Assembly: GCA_964407865.1 (NCBI GenBank)
Contig: CAYOXC010000003.1
Span: 12,760 to 76,759 of the forward strand
Length of the DNA stretch: 64,000 nt
Source: an uncultured Gammaproteobacteria bacterium
Lineage (GTDB): Bacteria > Patescibacteriota > Patescibacteriia > Magasanikbacterales > GWA2-37-8
Direction of reading: 5' to 3'
Shown here: piece after piece, positions 21,044 to 32,341 of the stretch
Position numbering within the stretch: position 1 is the first letter of the stretch
How the letters are laid out: each line of letters opens with the position of its first letter
Program-made: the position numbers and the translations under genes
The notes under the pieces: generated by a model
Seen by the model: the letters and a program-made list of their open reading frames with translations, nothing else
Database searches by the model: none
Told to the model about the DNA's origin: nothing

Positions 21044-21370
21044 TTATTTCTTTTTTTCTTTAAGTCCGCGTTTATATTTTGGGTTGCGCAGAAAGTGAAG
21101 TTTGGCTCTGCGTGTTTCGTGTTCGCGAAGAACTTCGATCTCTGCTACGACTGGCGAGAAGATGGGAAATATTTTTTCTACGCCAACTCCGTTAGAAATT
21201 TTACGCACAGTTATAGTCGCTCCTGGTTCTTGGCCGTGCTTGACGCCAAGAATAGTGCCTTCAAATATCTGAATGCGTTCTTTTTCCTCGCCCTTAACAT
21301 TCATTTCTTTGATTTTATGATGAACCTTTACGGTCATGCCAGGCTTATAAATAGTTTTTGTTTCAGTCAT
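21044..21370 (-). CDS. rplS: 50S ribosomal protein L19
   Basis: 108 aa; conserved L19 core FEGTILGVKHG...TVRKIS.GVGVEKIFP. Confidence 0.9.
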   Translation of the reverse strand: MTETKTIYKPGMTVKVHHKIKEMNVKGEEKERIQIFEGTILGVKHGQEPGATITVRKISNGVGVEKIFPIFSPVVAEIEVLREHETRRAKLHFLRNPKYKRGLKEKKK

Positions 21371-21420
21371 AGTAAATATAGCAATAGTTAGAAAGTGCGA
21401 TAATATTAGCTGATTTATGA

Positions 21421-21999
21421 TTATTTGTCAATACTGCTTTTATTTAAAGCATTTTTTATAATATTTTCCGCTTCTTCTACTGTTTTATCTAGCTGGCCCT
21501 CGGTATTAACTATTGAATAATCATAAATATTCGACTCAGCCATTTCTTTTTTAGCTGTTTCAAGTCTTTTTTCAATAATTTCCGGAGTTAGACCGCCTCT
21601 TTTTATTATTCTATTTTTAAGCACTTCAAGGTTTTCGGGCAGCAAAAAGATTGAAATATTGGCCCAACCAGATTTGTCAAAATTTTTCTTTCCGTTTATT
21701 TCAATGTTGGAAAAAACTACATCAAATTTATTGAGCATTTCTTGCATTCGGTCTTTTTCGGTTCCGTAATAATTATCCGCGTATTTATTATATTCAATAA
21801 GTTCGTCATTGTTGATTAATTTTTCAAACTCCTCTCGGCTGATAAAATTATAATCAAAGCCGTTTTGTTCGCCCGGTCGCGGCGGTCGCGTTGTGGTAGT
21901 TAAAAACCTTGCTGAGTTCGGTATTTTGTTTAATAGAGCTCGGATAACGGAATCCTTGCCGCCTCCGGACGGAGAAGATATGATAACCAGTAATCCCAT
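21421..21999 (-). CDS. gmk: Guanylate kinase
   Basis: 192 aa; P-loop SSPSGGGK; TTRPPRPGEQNGFDYNFISREEF matches the Gmk substrate-binding region. Confidence 0.85.
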   Translation of the reverse strand: MGLLVIISSPSGGGKDSVIRALLNKIPNSARFLTTTTRPPRPGEQNGFDYNFISREEFEKLINNDELIEYNKYADNYYGTEKDRMQEMLNKFDVVFSNIEINGKKNFDKSGWANISIFLLPENLEVLKNRIIKRGGLTPEIIEKRLETAKKEMAESNIYDYSIVNTEGQLDKTVEEAENIIKNALNKSSIDK

Positions 22000-22000
22000 A

Positions 22001-22981
22001 TTAATTTTTAATTGTTTTTATAAAGTTTTCTAATTCTTTTGGCAGTGTTGATTCAAAAGTTTGTTTGTAACCATCTAAATCCGTAAAACTTAGTCTGGTG
22101 CAGTGTAAAAAAAGACGGCCGCATTTTTTATCCCAGGTTTTTTTTTGTTTTTTGTGAAAATAAAGCGGATCTCCTACAATCGGGTGGTTGTAGGCAAATA
22201 GATGCGCTCTTATTTGATGAGTTCTTCCGGTATAAATTTTTACTTTTAGTAGAGTAAAATTAATAAATCTTTTTTCCACATCAATCTCTGTTGTAGCTTC
22301 TTTGCCGGCATCACTTGGCAGGCCTTTTACTGTTTTTGGAACAGCGGCCATTTTTTCAGAATTTTCAGAGCGAGAGATAGGGAAGTCGATAATATCGTTA
22401 TCCTTTTCAATTCTGCCGTGTGCCAGAACTACATACTCCTTTTCAATTGTCCTGTTTTTAAACTGACTTTTTAAATGTTCAAACATTTCTTGTGTTCTGG
22501 CGATAACCAAAAGGCCTGACGCTTCTTTGTCCAGGCGGTGGACAATGCCGGGGCGGATTGGGTCTTCACCCACACCTTTGTTTTTAGGAAATTTTTTAAC
22601 TACCCATCCAGCCAATGTATTTTTTTCATTTGCCTGTGTTGGGTGGGTAAGTAGTCCTGTCGGTTTGTTAACGACAATATAATCAGCTGTTTTAGCAATA
22701 ATTTGCGGTTCAACAATCATGGTCTCTGTAGAATTTTTTTTATGAATAAAATTATCCGGTTTTTTTATTGCCTTCTCTATTTCTTTTTTAAACAGAACAA
22801 CATCGCCTTTTTTTACAATTACACCAAATTTTTTTGGTAATTCATCATTTATATAAATTTGTTCTTGTTTAATAAATTTTTGTGCCTGTGAACGAGATAT
22901 ATCTAAATTTTCAGATAATAAAATATCCAGTCTCGTATTTGCCTGATTTTCCTTAATTTTTATTATTGAATTTTTTGTCAT
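22001..22981 (-). CDS. RluA-family pseudouridine synthase (RluD-like) with an N-terminal S4 domain
   Basis: 326 aa; HRLDKEASGLLVIART catalytic-Asp motif. Confidence 0.8.
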   Translation of the reverse strand: MTKNSIIKIKENQANTRLDILLSENLDISRSQAQKFIKQEQIYINDELPKKFGVIVKKGDVVLFKKEIEKAIKKPDNFIHKKNSTETMIVEPQIIAKTADYIVVNKPTGLLTHPTQANEKNTLAGWVVKKFPKNKGVGEDPIRPGIVHRLDKEASGLLVIARTQEMFEHLKSQFKNRTIEKEYVVLAHGRIEKDNDIIDFPISRSENSEKMAAVPKTVKGLPSDAGKEATTEIDVEKRFINFTLLKVKIYTGRTHQIRAHLFAYNHPIVGDPLYFHKKQKKTWDKKCGRLFLHCTRLSFTDLDGYKQTFESTLPKELENFIKTIKN

Positions 22982-23262
22982 AATTTTTCTATTGCTTTAT
23001 GTTAGCAGAAAATGATGTTTTTTGCTAATTAACGTGTAAAATGAAAAAACCTCGGATAAGGAGCTTGAAAAAGAGTGGAGTTATTATAGTCATTTGGAAA
23101 GAGGGGTTTATTTACGCAACCGACGTATCAAAAAATCGAAGGTTGTGAGTACGGATGAATGAGAACCTGCCTGTCGGTAGGCAGGCCATCAACTTACAGC
23201 TTACCCGAGCAGGAAGGCTTTTCAGAGAAAAAATGTCGCTCACAAAAAATAAGAATATTTCG

Positions 23263-23335
23263 TGCGCCTGGATGGATTTGAACCATCGACTTCCACCTTA
23301 TAAGGGTGGCACTCTAACCGCTGAGTTACAGGCGC
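23263..23335 (-). tRNA. tRNA-Ile with the unusual anticodon UAU
   Basis: Minus-strand read GCGCCTG TA ACTC AGCGGTTAGAGT G CCACC CTTATAA GGTGG AAGTC GATGG TTCAAAT CCATC CAGGCGC A gives a canonical cloverleaf. Anticodon positions 34-36 read TAT. Confidence 0.65.
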
Positions 23336-23465
23336 ACAAAATATTCTTACTTTGTTGCTCGTTAGTTTTTTAAAGGGTGGCGTGCGGCGATATTATATCT
23401 TTTTGTTTGTTTTTTCGCAAGAAAAAGCCCGGTTGGTCCGGGCGATAAAGGGCGGGCGAAATATT

Positions 23466-23612
23466 TTAGCGTGATTCAGTTCTGGGCAGAGTCGTCAAAT
23501 CGCGGTCGGTGTCGGCAGCTGATCTGATACTGAACAGGCCGAATATTAGCAAGCCGAGAATGATTACGACCGTAAAGCACAATATCAGCACTTGAAAATC
23601 TTCTTTTTTCAC
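23466..23612 (-). CDS. Small hypothetical membrane peptide (48 aa), missed by the >=60-aa ORF filter
   Basis: GTG start preceded by GGAGGTG 8 nt upstream; a single hydrophobic helix (VLILCFTVVIILGLLIFGLF); followed by the hairpin gcccggttggtccgggc plus a T-run on the minus strand. Confidence 0.3.
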   Translation of the reverse strand: MKKEDFQVLILCFTVVIILGLLIFGLFSIRSAADTDRDLTTLPRTESR

Positions 23613-23732
23613 GGTTTTGCACCTCCTTTTGATTGTTAAATTTTGCAGAAAACTACAATAGACTATAATATTTTTAGCGTTTTGTCAACCCTTTATTTAT
23701 TTTGGAATGTTTGATAAAATAGCGCTTGAAAT

Positions 23733-24260
23733 ATGCGAAATTATAATTTAGATTTATTTAACAAAATCAATAATTTAGTGGGCAAGAACAAGTGGCTGGA
23801 TGCTTTTGGTCGCGCCGGAGCAGAGTGGGTAATAATTGCATCTTGTGGCTGGTTTATTGCATCAGCATTTATTTCCTATTCGCCGTTCTGGATTAGCGCT
23901 TTTGCGCCACTAATTACTTTTGCTGCTGCCTGGATTTTTGCCTGGACTCTAAACATAGCTTTGGGTTTTATTGTTCATGAGCCGCGCCCGCAAATATCAG
24001 AACCGCAGACACGGGAACTTTTTCATCCGTTAATGCATTGGAAATCTTTTCCTTCAGACCATGCGATGTCATCATTCCTTTTATTTTTCATGGCTTTAAT
24101 TTTTGGATTGCCTGGAAGTTGGGCTTTGTTGGTTTTTGCTTTTTGGGTAATATTTGGAAGGGTATTTGCCGGCGTACATTATCCGATTGATGTTATCGGG
24201 GGTTTTTCAGTTGCTGCCTGTGTTGCCACCTGGACGGCAGTACTTTTATCTACAGTATAG
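23733..24260 (+). CDS. PAP2-superfamily membrane phosphatase (undecaprenyl-diphosphatase / BcrC-like)
   Basis: 175 aa; 4-5 TM; FPSDHA and GVHYPIDV motifs (PSGH and SRx5Hx3D-like). Confidence 0.6.
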   Translation: MRNYNLDLFNKINNLVGKNKWLDAFGRAGAEWVIIASCGWFIASAFISYSPFWISAFAPLITFAAAWIFAWTLNIALGFIVHEPRPQISEPQTRELFHPLMHWKSFPSDHAMSSFLLFFMALIFGLPGSWALLVFAFWVIFGRVFAGVHYPIDVIGGFSVAACVATWTAVLLSTV

Positions 24261-24474
24261 ATTATATCCAGCAATACAACTTTCAGTGTGTTTTGTTATT
24301 AAAATAAACATTAGTTCTTAAAGTATTGCGTTATTAGGATAAATCTGATTTCAACAGGCAGACAAACACAAAAAAATAATTTAAATTAAAGAATAAAAAT
24401 AATTAAATCAAATTTTTAGAGTATAAACATGGTTATTATGTTTGTCTCTGAAAGCTGATATGCTGGATATGAAT
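24261..24474. repeat. Paired inverted arms (family copy 3) upstream of the nucleotidyltransferase gene
   Basis: attatatccagcaatacaactttcagtgtgttttg (24261..24295) and tttgtctctgaaagctgatatgctggatatgaat (24441..24474). Both arms share the locus-specific TTTCAG/CTGAAAG variant. Confidence 0.7.
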
Positions 24475-25155
24475 GCAATAATTCTTTGCGGAGGGCTCTC
24501 CACTCGTTTGGGAGATATAACAAAATCCATTCCAAAAATTTTGTTAGACATAAAAGGCAAAACAGTTTTGGATAGACAATTAGACAAACTTAGAGAACTT
24601 GGAGTAAATAGTGTTGTTATGGCCGCGGGCCACTTGTCTCAGGAGCTGCAAAAAAGTGCCGGTAATTATCGCCAGGGTATTGATTTGATATATGCAGTAG
24701 AAAAAGAAAGATTAGGAACGGGAGGGGCGATAAAATTCGCCTGGTCTCATTTATCAGATCAGGATTCGCCGGTGATAATTTTAAACGGCGATGTTTTGAC
24801 TTTGGATAGTTTAAATACGATGCGTGATAAATTAAGGACAGAAAGTGAAGGAATAATTTTTGGCGCACGAGTTCCAGACGCTTCTACTTATGGCACATTA
24901 ATGTTTGAGAAAGATAATCGTTTATTAGAGTTCAAAGAAAAAGAAGGTGTTAATATGCCTGGTTACATAAATGGTGGAGTATATTTATTTACAAAACACG
25001 CTCGCAGGCATTTTCCCGAAATAAATGCCTTTAGCATTGAGTATGATGTTTTTCCAAACATGAAAGACCTTGATGTTCACGCTTCAGATGCGCCTTGGAT
25101 AGATATTGGCTTGCCCGATCGTTTGGCTTGGGCGCGTGAGCATTGGCTTGAATAA
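24442..25155 (+). CDS. Sugar-phosphate nucleotidyltransferase (NTP_transferase family); likely true start ATG at 24460 or 24469
   Basis: MNAIILCGGLSTRLG, the N-terminal GGxGTRL pyrophosphorylase motif. The TTG at 24442 lies inside the conserved arm. Confidence 0.7.
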   Translation: MSLKADMLDMNAIILCGGLSTRLGDITKSIPKILLDIKGKTVLDRQLDKLRELGVNSVVMAAGHLSQELQKSAGNYRQGIDLIYAVEKERLGTGGAIKFAWSHLSDQDSPVIILNGDVLTLDSLNTMRDKLRTESEGIIFGARVPDASTYGTLMFEKDNRLLEFKEKEGVNMPGYINGGVYLFTKHARRHFPEINAFSIEYDVFPNMKDLDVHASDAPWIDIGLPDRLAWAREHWLE

Positions 25156-25158
25156 TAT

Positions 25159-26025
25159 ATGTCCTTATCAACAAAATTAAATTGTTTTTTTGGTTTCGTT
25201 ATCATCGCTTTTGTGGCTGGTGGTTATTTTTATTTTCAATCTACACGACCGAATTACGAGCCGCTGCCAATTGAACTCAGACCTGAAATTAACCTGACAA
25301 TTATTCCGGGTTGGAATCTGAGAAACATCGCTGATGATTGGGTTAAGAAGGGGATAATAAAAAACCCTGAAGAGCTGTATATTTTGCTTGGCCGTCCGGC
25401 TCTTAATTATAAAGCAGCAGGCGATGTTGCGCCAAAATTAGAGCTGGCAGAGGATCCTGAGTGGCGAGAGCTTTTTGAGGATAAACCAAGCAATGTTTCT
25501 TATGAAGGTTATTTATTTCCAGATACCTACCGTGTTTATACTGACGCCAGTCCTGAAGATGTTTTGAAAAAAATATTTACTAATTTAAATAAAAAAATTT
25601 CCGAAGAGCTACGTAATGAGATAAAAAGACAGGATAAAACAGTATATGAAATTTTGACCATGGCATCTGTTGTGGAACGAGAGGCGCCGAGCAAAGAAGA
25701 GATGGCTATGGTGGCGGATATTTTTTGGCGTCGCTATGAGAGAAATTGGGCTTTGCAGTCATGTGCTACTGTTAACTACATCACTGCAAAAAATGACCCA
25801 GGCGTATCTTCAGAAGATAAAAAAATTGATTCTTTGTTTAACACCTATAAGTATCCTGGTTTGCCACTTGGAGCAATTAGTAATCCCGGCCTTGAGGCGA
25901 TTAAAGCAGTTATTTATCCTAAAGAAAACAGCTATTGGTATTTTATGAGCGATGCAGAGGGTGTTACTCATTGGGCAAAAACATTGGATGAGCACAATGC
26001 TAATGTGGCGAAGTATTTGCGGTAA
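25159..26025 (+). CDS. mltG: Endolytic murein transglycosylase MltG (YceG family)
   Basis: 288 aa; N-terminal TM; YceG-like blocks ILTMASVVEREA, SCATVNY, YNTYKYPGLPLGAISNPG. Confidence 0.8.
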   Translation: MSLSTKLNCFFGFVIIAFVAGGYFYFQSTRPNYEPLPIELRPEINLTIIPGWNLRNIADDWVKKGIIKNPEELYILLGRPALNYKAAGDVAPKLELAEDPEWRELFEDKPSNVSYEGYLFPDTYRVYTDASPEDVLKKIFTNLNKKISEELRNEIKRQDKTVYEILTMASVVEREAPSKEEMAMVADIFWRRYERNWALQSCATVNYITAKNDPGVSSEDKKIDSLFNTYKYPGLPLGAISNPGLEAIKAVIYPKENSYWYFMSDAEGVTHWAKTLDEHNANVAKYLR

Positions 26026-26091
26026 TTTACTTGACACCGACTCATCGGATTTTTTCGTATAATTCATTGTCCGCTTTTTTAAAAATGCAAT

Positions 26092-27192
26092 ATGTTAACT
26101 TCAGATTTTGAATATAATTTACCCTCAGAACTTATCGCTCAAACTCCGGCTGAACCGCGCGATTCATCGAGATTGATGGTTGTTGACCGCAAAAGTGGAA
26201 AGATTGAACACCGTCATTTCAGTGATATTGGTGATTTTTTAAGACCGGGCGACTTATTAGTTTGGAATAATACTAAGGTTTTTAAGGCGCGCTTGAAAGG
26301 CCATATTCAGCTCAACCCTGATTCAGCTTTTGTTAAATCCCGAGGCGGTTCTGATTTGGTTATCAATGTTTCTTCGGTTGAAATATTTTTACTTAGACCA
26401 GCTGAAAATAAAGGTGTATGGAGAGTTTTAGCTCGTCCCGCCAGAAAACTTCGTCTAGGCATGAAAATTATTTTTGCTGAGGATTTTTCTTGTGAAATAG
26501 TCGCCAAAGAGTCAAATGGAACCTTGTTAGTTCAATTCAGCGATGAGGATATTGTGGTAAGAGAGAAAGCTAATCATTATGGAGAGGTGCCAACACCGCC
26601 TTATATAAAAATTAAAACCCCCTTTGTCGGTTTAGTTGAGAAATACCAAACGATATACGCTAAAAAAGAGGGTTCGGTTGCCGCGCCAACAGCCGGTTTT
26701 CATTTCACAACAGAGTTGATTGAAAAACTAAAATTATTTGGAGTAGAATTTGCTGAAGTGACGCTTCATGTTGGCTTAGGTACTTTTCAGCCGGTAAAAA
26801 CAAAAAAAATTGAAGATCATAAAATGCACGAGGAGTGGGTTGAGTTAACTGATAAAAACGCTGAAATAATTAACCATGCTAAAGTTGAAGGAAGGCGAGT
26901 TGTAGCTGTTGGCACAACTACTGTTCGAGCTCTTGAAGCGGTTGCTGATAACAATGGAGTGCTAAGGCCGCACAACGGAGAAGTTAATATTTTTATTTAT
27001 CCCGGATACAAATTTAAAGTAATTGATGCATTGATCACAAATTTTCATCTACCGAAGTCAACTTTGCTTATGCTTGTTTCGGCTTTCGCAGGAGACAGAA
27101 ATTTTATTTTGAAATGCTACGAAGAAGCAGTAGAAAAAAAATATCGTTTTTATTCATTTGGCGATGCAATGTTGGTGGTTGATGGAAAATAG
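26092..27192 (+). CDS. queA: S-adenosylmethionine:tRNA ribosyltransferase-isomerase
   Basis: 366 aa; DFEYNLPSELIAQTPAEPRDSSRLMVV N-terminus and full-length QueA architecture. Confidence 0.9.
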   Translation: MLTSDFEYNLPSELIAQTPAEPRDSSRLMVVDRKSGKIEHRHFSDIGDFLRPGDLLVWNNTKVFKARLKGHIQLNPDSAFVKSRGGSDLVINVSSVEIFLLRPAENKGVWRVLARPARKLRLGMKIIFAEDFSCEIVAKESNGTLLVQFSDEDIVVREKANHYGEVPTPPYIKIKTPFVGLVEKYQTIYAKKEGSVAAPTAGFHFTTELIEKLKLFGVEFAEVTLHVGLGTFQPVKTKKIEDHKMHEEWVELTDKNAEIINHAKVEGRRVVAVGTTTVRALEAVADNNGVLRPHNGEVNIFIYPGYKFKVIDALITNFHLPKSTLLMLVSAFAGDRNFILKCYEEAVEKKYRFYSFGDAMLVVDGK

Positions 27193-27215
27193 ACCGTGTT
27201 TTACTAGAATGATGG

Positions 27216-27250
27216 AATAAAAAATAACCGATATATCGGTTATTTTTTAT
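27216..27250. terminator. Bidirectional intrinsic terminator between queA and rplK
   Basis: aaaaaataaccgatatatcggttatttttt. Confidence 0.6.
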
Positions 27251-27289
27251 AATTTTTCAATTCAGTAATTACAAACTACAAATTATTTA

Positions 27290-27721
27290 TTACTCAATAG
27301 TGATGCCCATCTGTTTAGCCGTGCCTTCAACCATTCTCATCGCGCCTTCAATATCTTTAGCATTCATATCCGGCATTTTCTTTTCGGCAATTTCTTTAAC
27401 TTGAGCTTTGGTGATTTTACCCACCTTATCCTGAAGGGGTTTAGCTGAACCTTTTTTAAGGCCGGCTGCTTTTTTGATCATTTCTGCTACTGGTTCCACC
27501 TTCATGATAAAGGTAAAACTGCGATCGTCATAGACAGTTATCACAACTGGCACGACTTCACCTTGCTTGTCTTTGGTTTTATCGTTAAATTCTTTGCAGA
27601 ATCCGGCGATATTTACTCCGTGCTGGCCTAGAGCCGGTCCAACCGGAGGAGCTGGGTTAGCAGCACCACCTACAATCTGTAACTTAATTTGTGTTAATAC
27701 TTTTTTAGGCATAATTAACAA
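27290..27721 (-). CDS. rplK: 50S ribosomal protein L11
   Basis: 143 aa; [26 protein letters not shown], the L11 N-terminal domain. Confidence 0.9.
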   Translation of the reverse strand: MLIMPKKVLTQIKLQIVGGAANPAPPVGPALGQHGVNIAGFCKEFNDKTKDKQGEVVPVVITVYDDRSFTFIMKVEPVAEMIKKAAGLKKGSAKPLQDKVGKITKAQVKEIAEKKMPDMNAKDIEGAMRMVEGTAKQMGITIE

Positions 27722-27792
27722 AATTTTTAATTTTATAATTTTATAATTTTTAAAATGAGAAGCCGGAATTTATCCGCATTTTAAAACATTAT

Positions 27793-28338
27793 CTATATTT
27801 TTTTAGCTTGCAGTGCATCTAATTCAACCGGAGTTTCGCGTCCGAACATGGTTACCATCACTTTAATTTTACCGCGTTCGTGGTCCACCGCGCTAACTTT
27901 TCCTTCAAAATTTTTAAATGGCCCGTCAATAATACGAACAACATCATTTGCCTCTAAGTCAATGGTGTGCTGTGGTTCTTCAGCTGAAACTCGCTTCATT
28001 AGTCGCTCAACCTCTTTGTTATCCACTGGCGTTGGAGTAGTACCTGATCCGACAAAACCGGTTACATTCGGCGTATTTCTGACCACATACCAGGAATCAT
28101 CGGTTACAACCATTTCTACCAGCACATAACCTGGAAATATTTTTTCTTCAATCACGGTTCGTTTACCGTTTTTGATTTTAATCTTTTTTTCTTTAGGCAC
28201 TATAACACCAAAAATTTTATCCTTCATGTCAAAAGAGTCAACACGCTGTTCCAGGTTGCTTTTTACATTTTCTTCATAACCGCTATAAGTGTGTAATACA
28301 TACCAGCGGCGGCCTAAGTTTAATGTTTGTTTAGCCAT
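27793..28338 (-). CDS. nusG: Transcription termination/antitermination factor NusG
   Basis: 181 aa; WYVLHTYSGYEENV NGN domain and C-terminal KOW. Confidence 0.9.
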   Translation of the reverse strand: MAKQTLNLGRRWYVLHTYSGYEENVKSNLEQRVDSFDMKDKIFGVIVPKEKKIKIKNGKRTVIEEKIFPGYVLVEMVVTDDSWYVVRNTPNVTGFVGSGTTPTPVDNKEVERLMKRVSAEEPQHTIDLEANDVVRIIDGPFKNFEGKVSAVDHERGKIKVMVTMFGRETPVELDALQAKKI

Positions 28339-28344
28339 ACCTCC

Positions 28345-28557
28345 TTATTTAATTACAAATATTTCAAAGCCGTAATTGAAAAAGTAGTCCAGCACCATGA
28401 AAAATAAGGCAAACCCGACGGATAAGCCAATGACCAAAACACTATAGTTAAAAGTCTGCTTTTTGGTCGGCCAGGAAACCTTTTTCATTTCAGCGTATGA
28501 TGTTTTGAAATAATTAATTATTTTGTTCATACCTAGCATATCAACTTCCAGAGACAA
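28345..28557 (-). CDS. secE: Preprotein translocase subunit SecE (likely true start ATG at 28539 or 28530)
   Basis: A single C-terminal TM helix preceded by EMKKVSWPTKKQT (the SecE KKV.WP motif). The gene sits directly upstream of nusG, the canonical arrangement. Confidence 0.75.
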   Translation of the reverse strand: MSLEVDMLGMNKIINYFKTSYAEMKKVSWPTKKQTFNYSVLVIGLSVGFALFFMVLDYFFNYGFEIFVIK

Positions 28558-28738
28558 ACACTTTATAGTGTTGTTGCTCTGAAAAATAATTTAAAGTATT
28601 TAATTTAAGTTAAAAATATAATTTACCGTGTTTGTCTGGTTTTAAAATTTTTATAATTTGTATTATATAATTTTTTTATTAACGCAGCTTTGTTTATGTC
28701 CAAAAACACACTGGAAGTTGTATTGCTGGGCATATTTC
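28521..28738. repeat. Paired inverted arms (family copy 2) bracketing the secE promoter region
   Basis: ttttgttcatacctagcatatcaacttccagagacaaaca (28521..28560) and caaaaacacactggaagttgtattgctgggcatatttc (28701..28738). Confidence 0.7.
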
Positions 28739-28810
28739 AGTATTTAAAAACGGCCTAGGGCCGCAATGCTCTAAATATACATTATATATGTTTAACTGTC
28801 AATAGTATCA

Positions 28811-28836
28811 AAAACCCCGGTGTAAGGCCGGGGTTT
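28811..28836 (-). terminator. Intrinsic terminator downstream of gyrB
   Basis: aaaaccccggtgtaaggccggggttt; on the minus strand the hairpin is followed by a T-run. Confidence 0.6.
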
Positions 28837-28841
28837 AACTT

Positions 28842-31130
<2,289 letters not shown>

Positions 31131-31353
31131 TTAAGTTTAAAGTTCGCTAATATTTTATCATTTTTTACCCTTTTTGACAAGGTAAAACTGTGGGCAATTT
31201 TAGGCTTTAAAAGAGGTTTAAAATAAGGTATAATATTAGCACCTAAATACACAAGCACCTAAACATAAAATATAATGCCGCAGTATTGTGGTGTTTAGTT
31301 GTGGCGATAATGTGCTATGGTGATTACGTTTTTATCTGTTTTAAAATTTTTTT

Positions 31354-32322
31354 ATGGTAAATTTTTATAGTCAGAAAAGTCGGCAAAATGGTTCGGTCAA
31401 AGAAGAGTCTGATAATAAAATAGTAAACAATGCACAGAAAAGTAAAGCAAGTTTTCAGAAATACACTGATCCGACAGGGGAATTTGGCACTAGCCAGTTT
31501 AAGCGAGCGCTTTGGTTTGTAAAGAATAAATTATTGCTTTACCGTCTTTTGATAATTTTTTTGATAATTTTTAGCACCATAACCATCGGCTTTTCTTTAT
31601 GGAACGGATTTAATTTATTAATGTATGATTTGACGGTAAAGCCAGAATTAGAACGTCAGCTTTCCATGTCAGTGGATTATACTGCACTGCATCCTGTTTT
31701 TAGTCCAATACCGATTGAAATTTTAAACTCCTATGTTTTGCCGGGAGGAACGAATAAAGTTGATGCTTTATCAGAAGCAACTAATCCCAACCAGAGATTC
31801 ATCGTTTATTTTGACTATTATTATGATTTTAACGGCATTGTCACTGAGCGACGTTCAACTTTTCTTTTGCCTGGCGAAAGCCGACCGATAACGGTTTTTG
31901 GATTAGACTCCACGGCTTATGCTGGTTCAGCCAATTTGATGGTCGAAAATGTTCGTTTTAAAAGAGTTGATGCTCATTCAGTGCCCGATGTTATTTCCTG
32001 GCAGGAGCAAAGAATGGATTTTTCAACCAGCGATTTTACCTATGCCTTCGCCGGCGAAGCCGGACAGAGCGCTCATGCTATTAGATTTTCTTTAAAAAAT
32101 AATACTGCATACGGCTATAAAAATCCCAAATTCTTATTGGGCCTTTACCAGAACGGTGGCATGGTTGGTATAATGCCGTTTGATCTGACAAATTTTGATT
32201 CACTTGAGTCGCGTCAAATTGATTTGAGAAATTTTGTTCAGAATTTAGTTGTCTCTGAAATTCGTCTTTATCCTCTTATTGACCTCTATAATAAAGAAGT
32301 GTATCTTCCACCTAAGAAGTAG
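31354..32322 (+). CDS. Hypothetical membrane-anchored protein
   Basis: 322 aa; one TM helix near residue 60; no known motif. Confidence 0.4.
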   Translation: MVNFYSQKSRQNGSVKEESDNKIVNNAQKSKASFQKYTDPTGEFGTSQFKRALWFVKNKLLLYRLLIIFLIIFSTITIGFSLWNGFNLLMYDLTVKPELERQLSMSVDYTALHPVFSPIPIEILNSYVLPGGTNKVDALSEATNPNQRFIVYFDYYYDFNGIVTERRSTFLLPGESRPITVFGLDSTAYAGSANLMVENVRFKRVDAHSVPDVISWQEQRMDFSTSDFTYAFAGEAGQSAHAIRFSLKNNTAYGYKNPKFLLGLYQNGGMVGIMPFDLTNFDSLESRQIDLRNFVQNLVVSEIRLYPLIDLYNKEVYLPPKK

Positions 32323-32341
32323 TTTTTTATTTGGAAGATAA

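Noticed and set aside
23150-23262. Possible SRP (4.5S) RNA downstream of tRNA-Ile (GCAGGAAGGC-like segment and a cctgcct...aggcagg hairpin)
   Set aside because: No convincing domain IV symmetric loop with a GNRA tetraloop or a conserved AGCAGCC block on either strand. The resemblance is too weak without a covariance model search.
23155-23373. 72-aa plus-strand ORF
   Set aside because: It overlaps the tRNA-Ile gene on the opposite strand and has no RBS or protein-like features. It is spurious.
14970-28557. Three ORF-track starts, at secG, secE and the nucleotidyltransferase, that read MSL(E/K)(V/A)DM and might suggest a shared N-terminal peptide
   Set aside because: All three use a TTG inside the conserved arm motif. 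The homologous protein families begin at the downstream ATG (MNKF..., MNKI..., MNAIILCGG...). The shared peptide is an ORF-calling artefact of a conserved nucleotide element.
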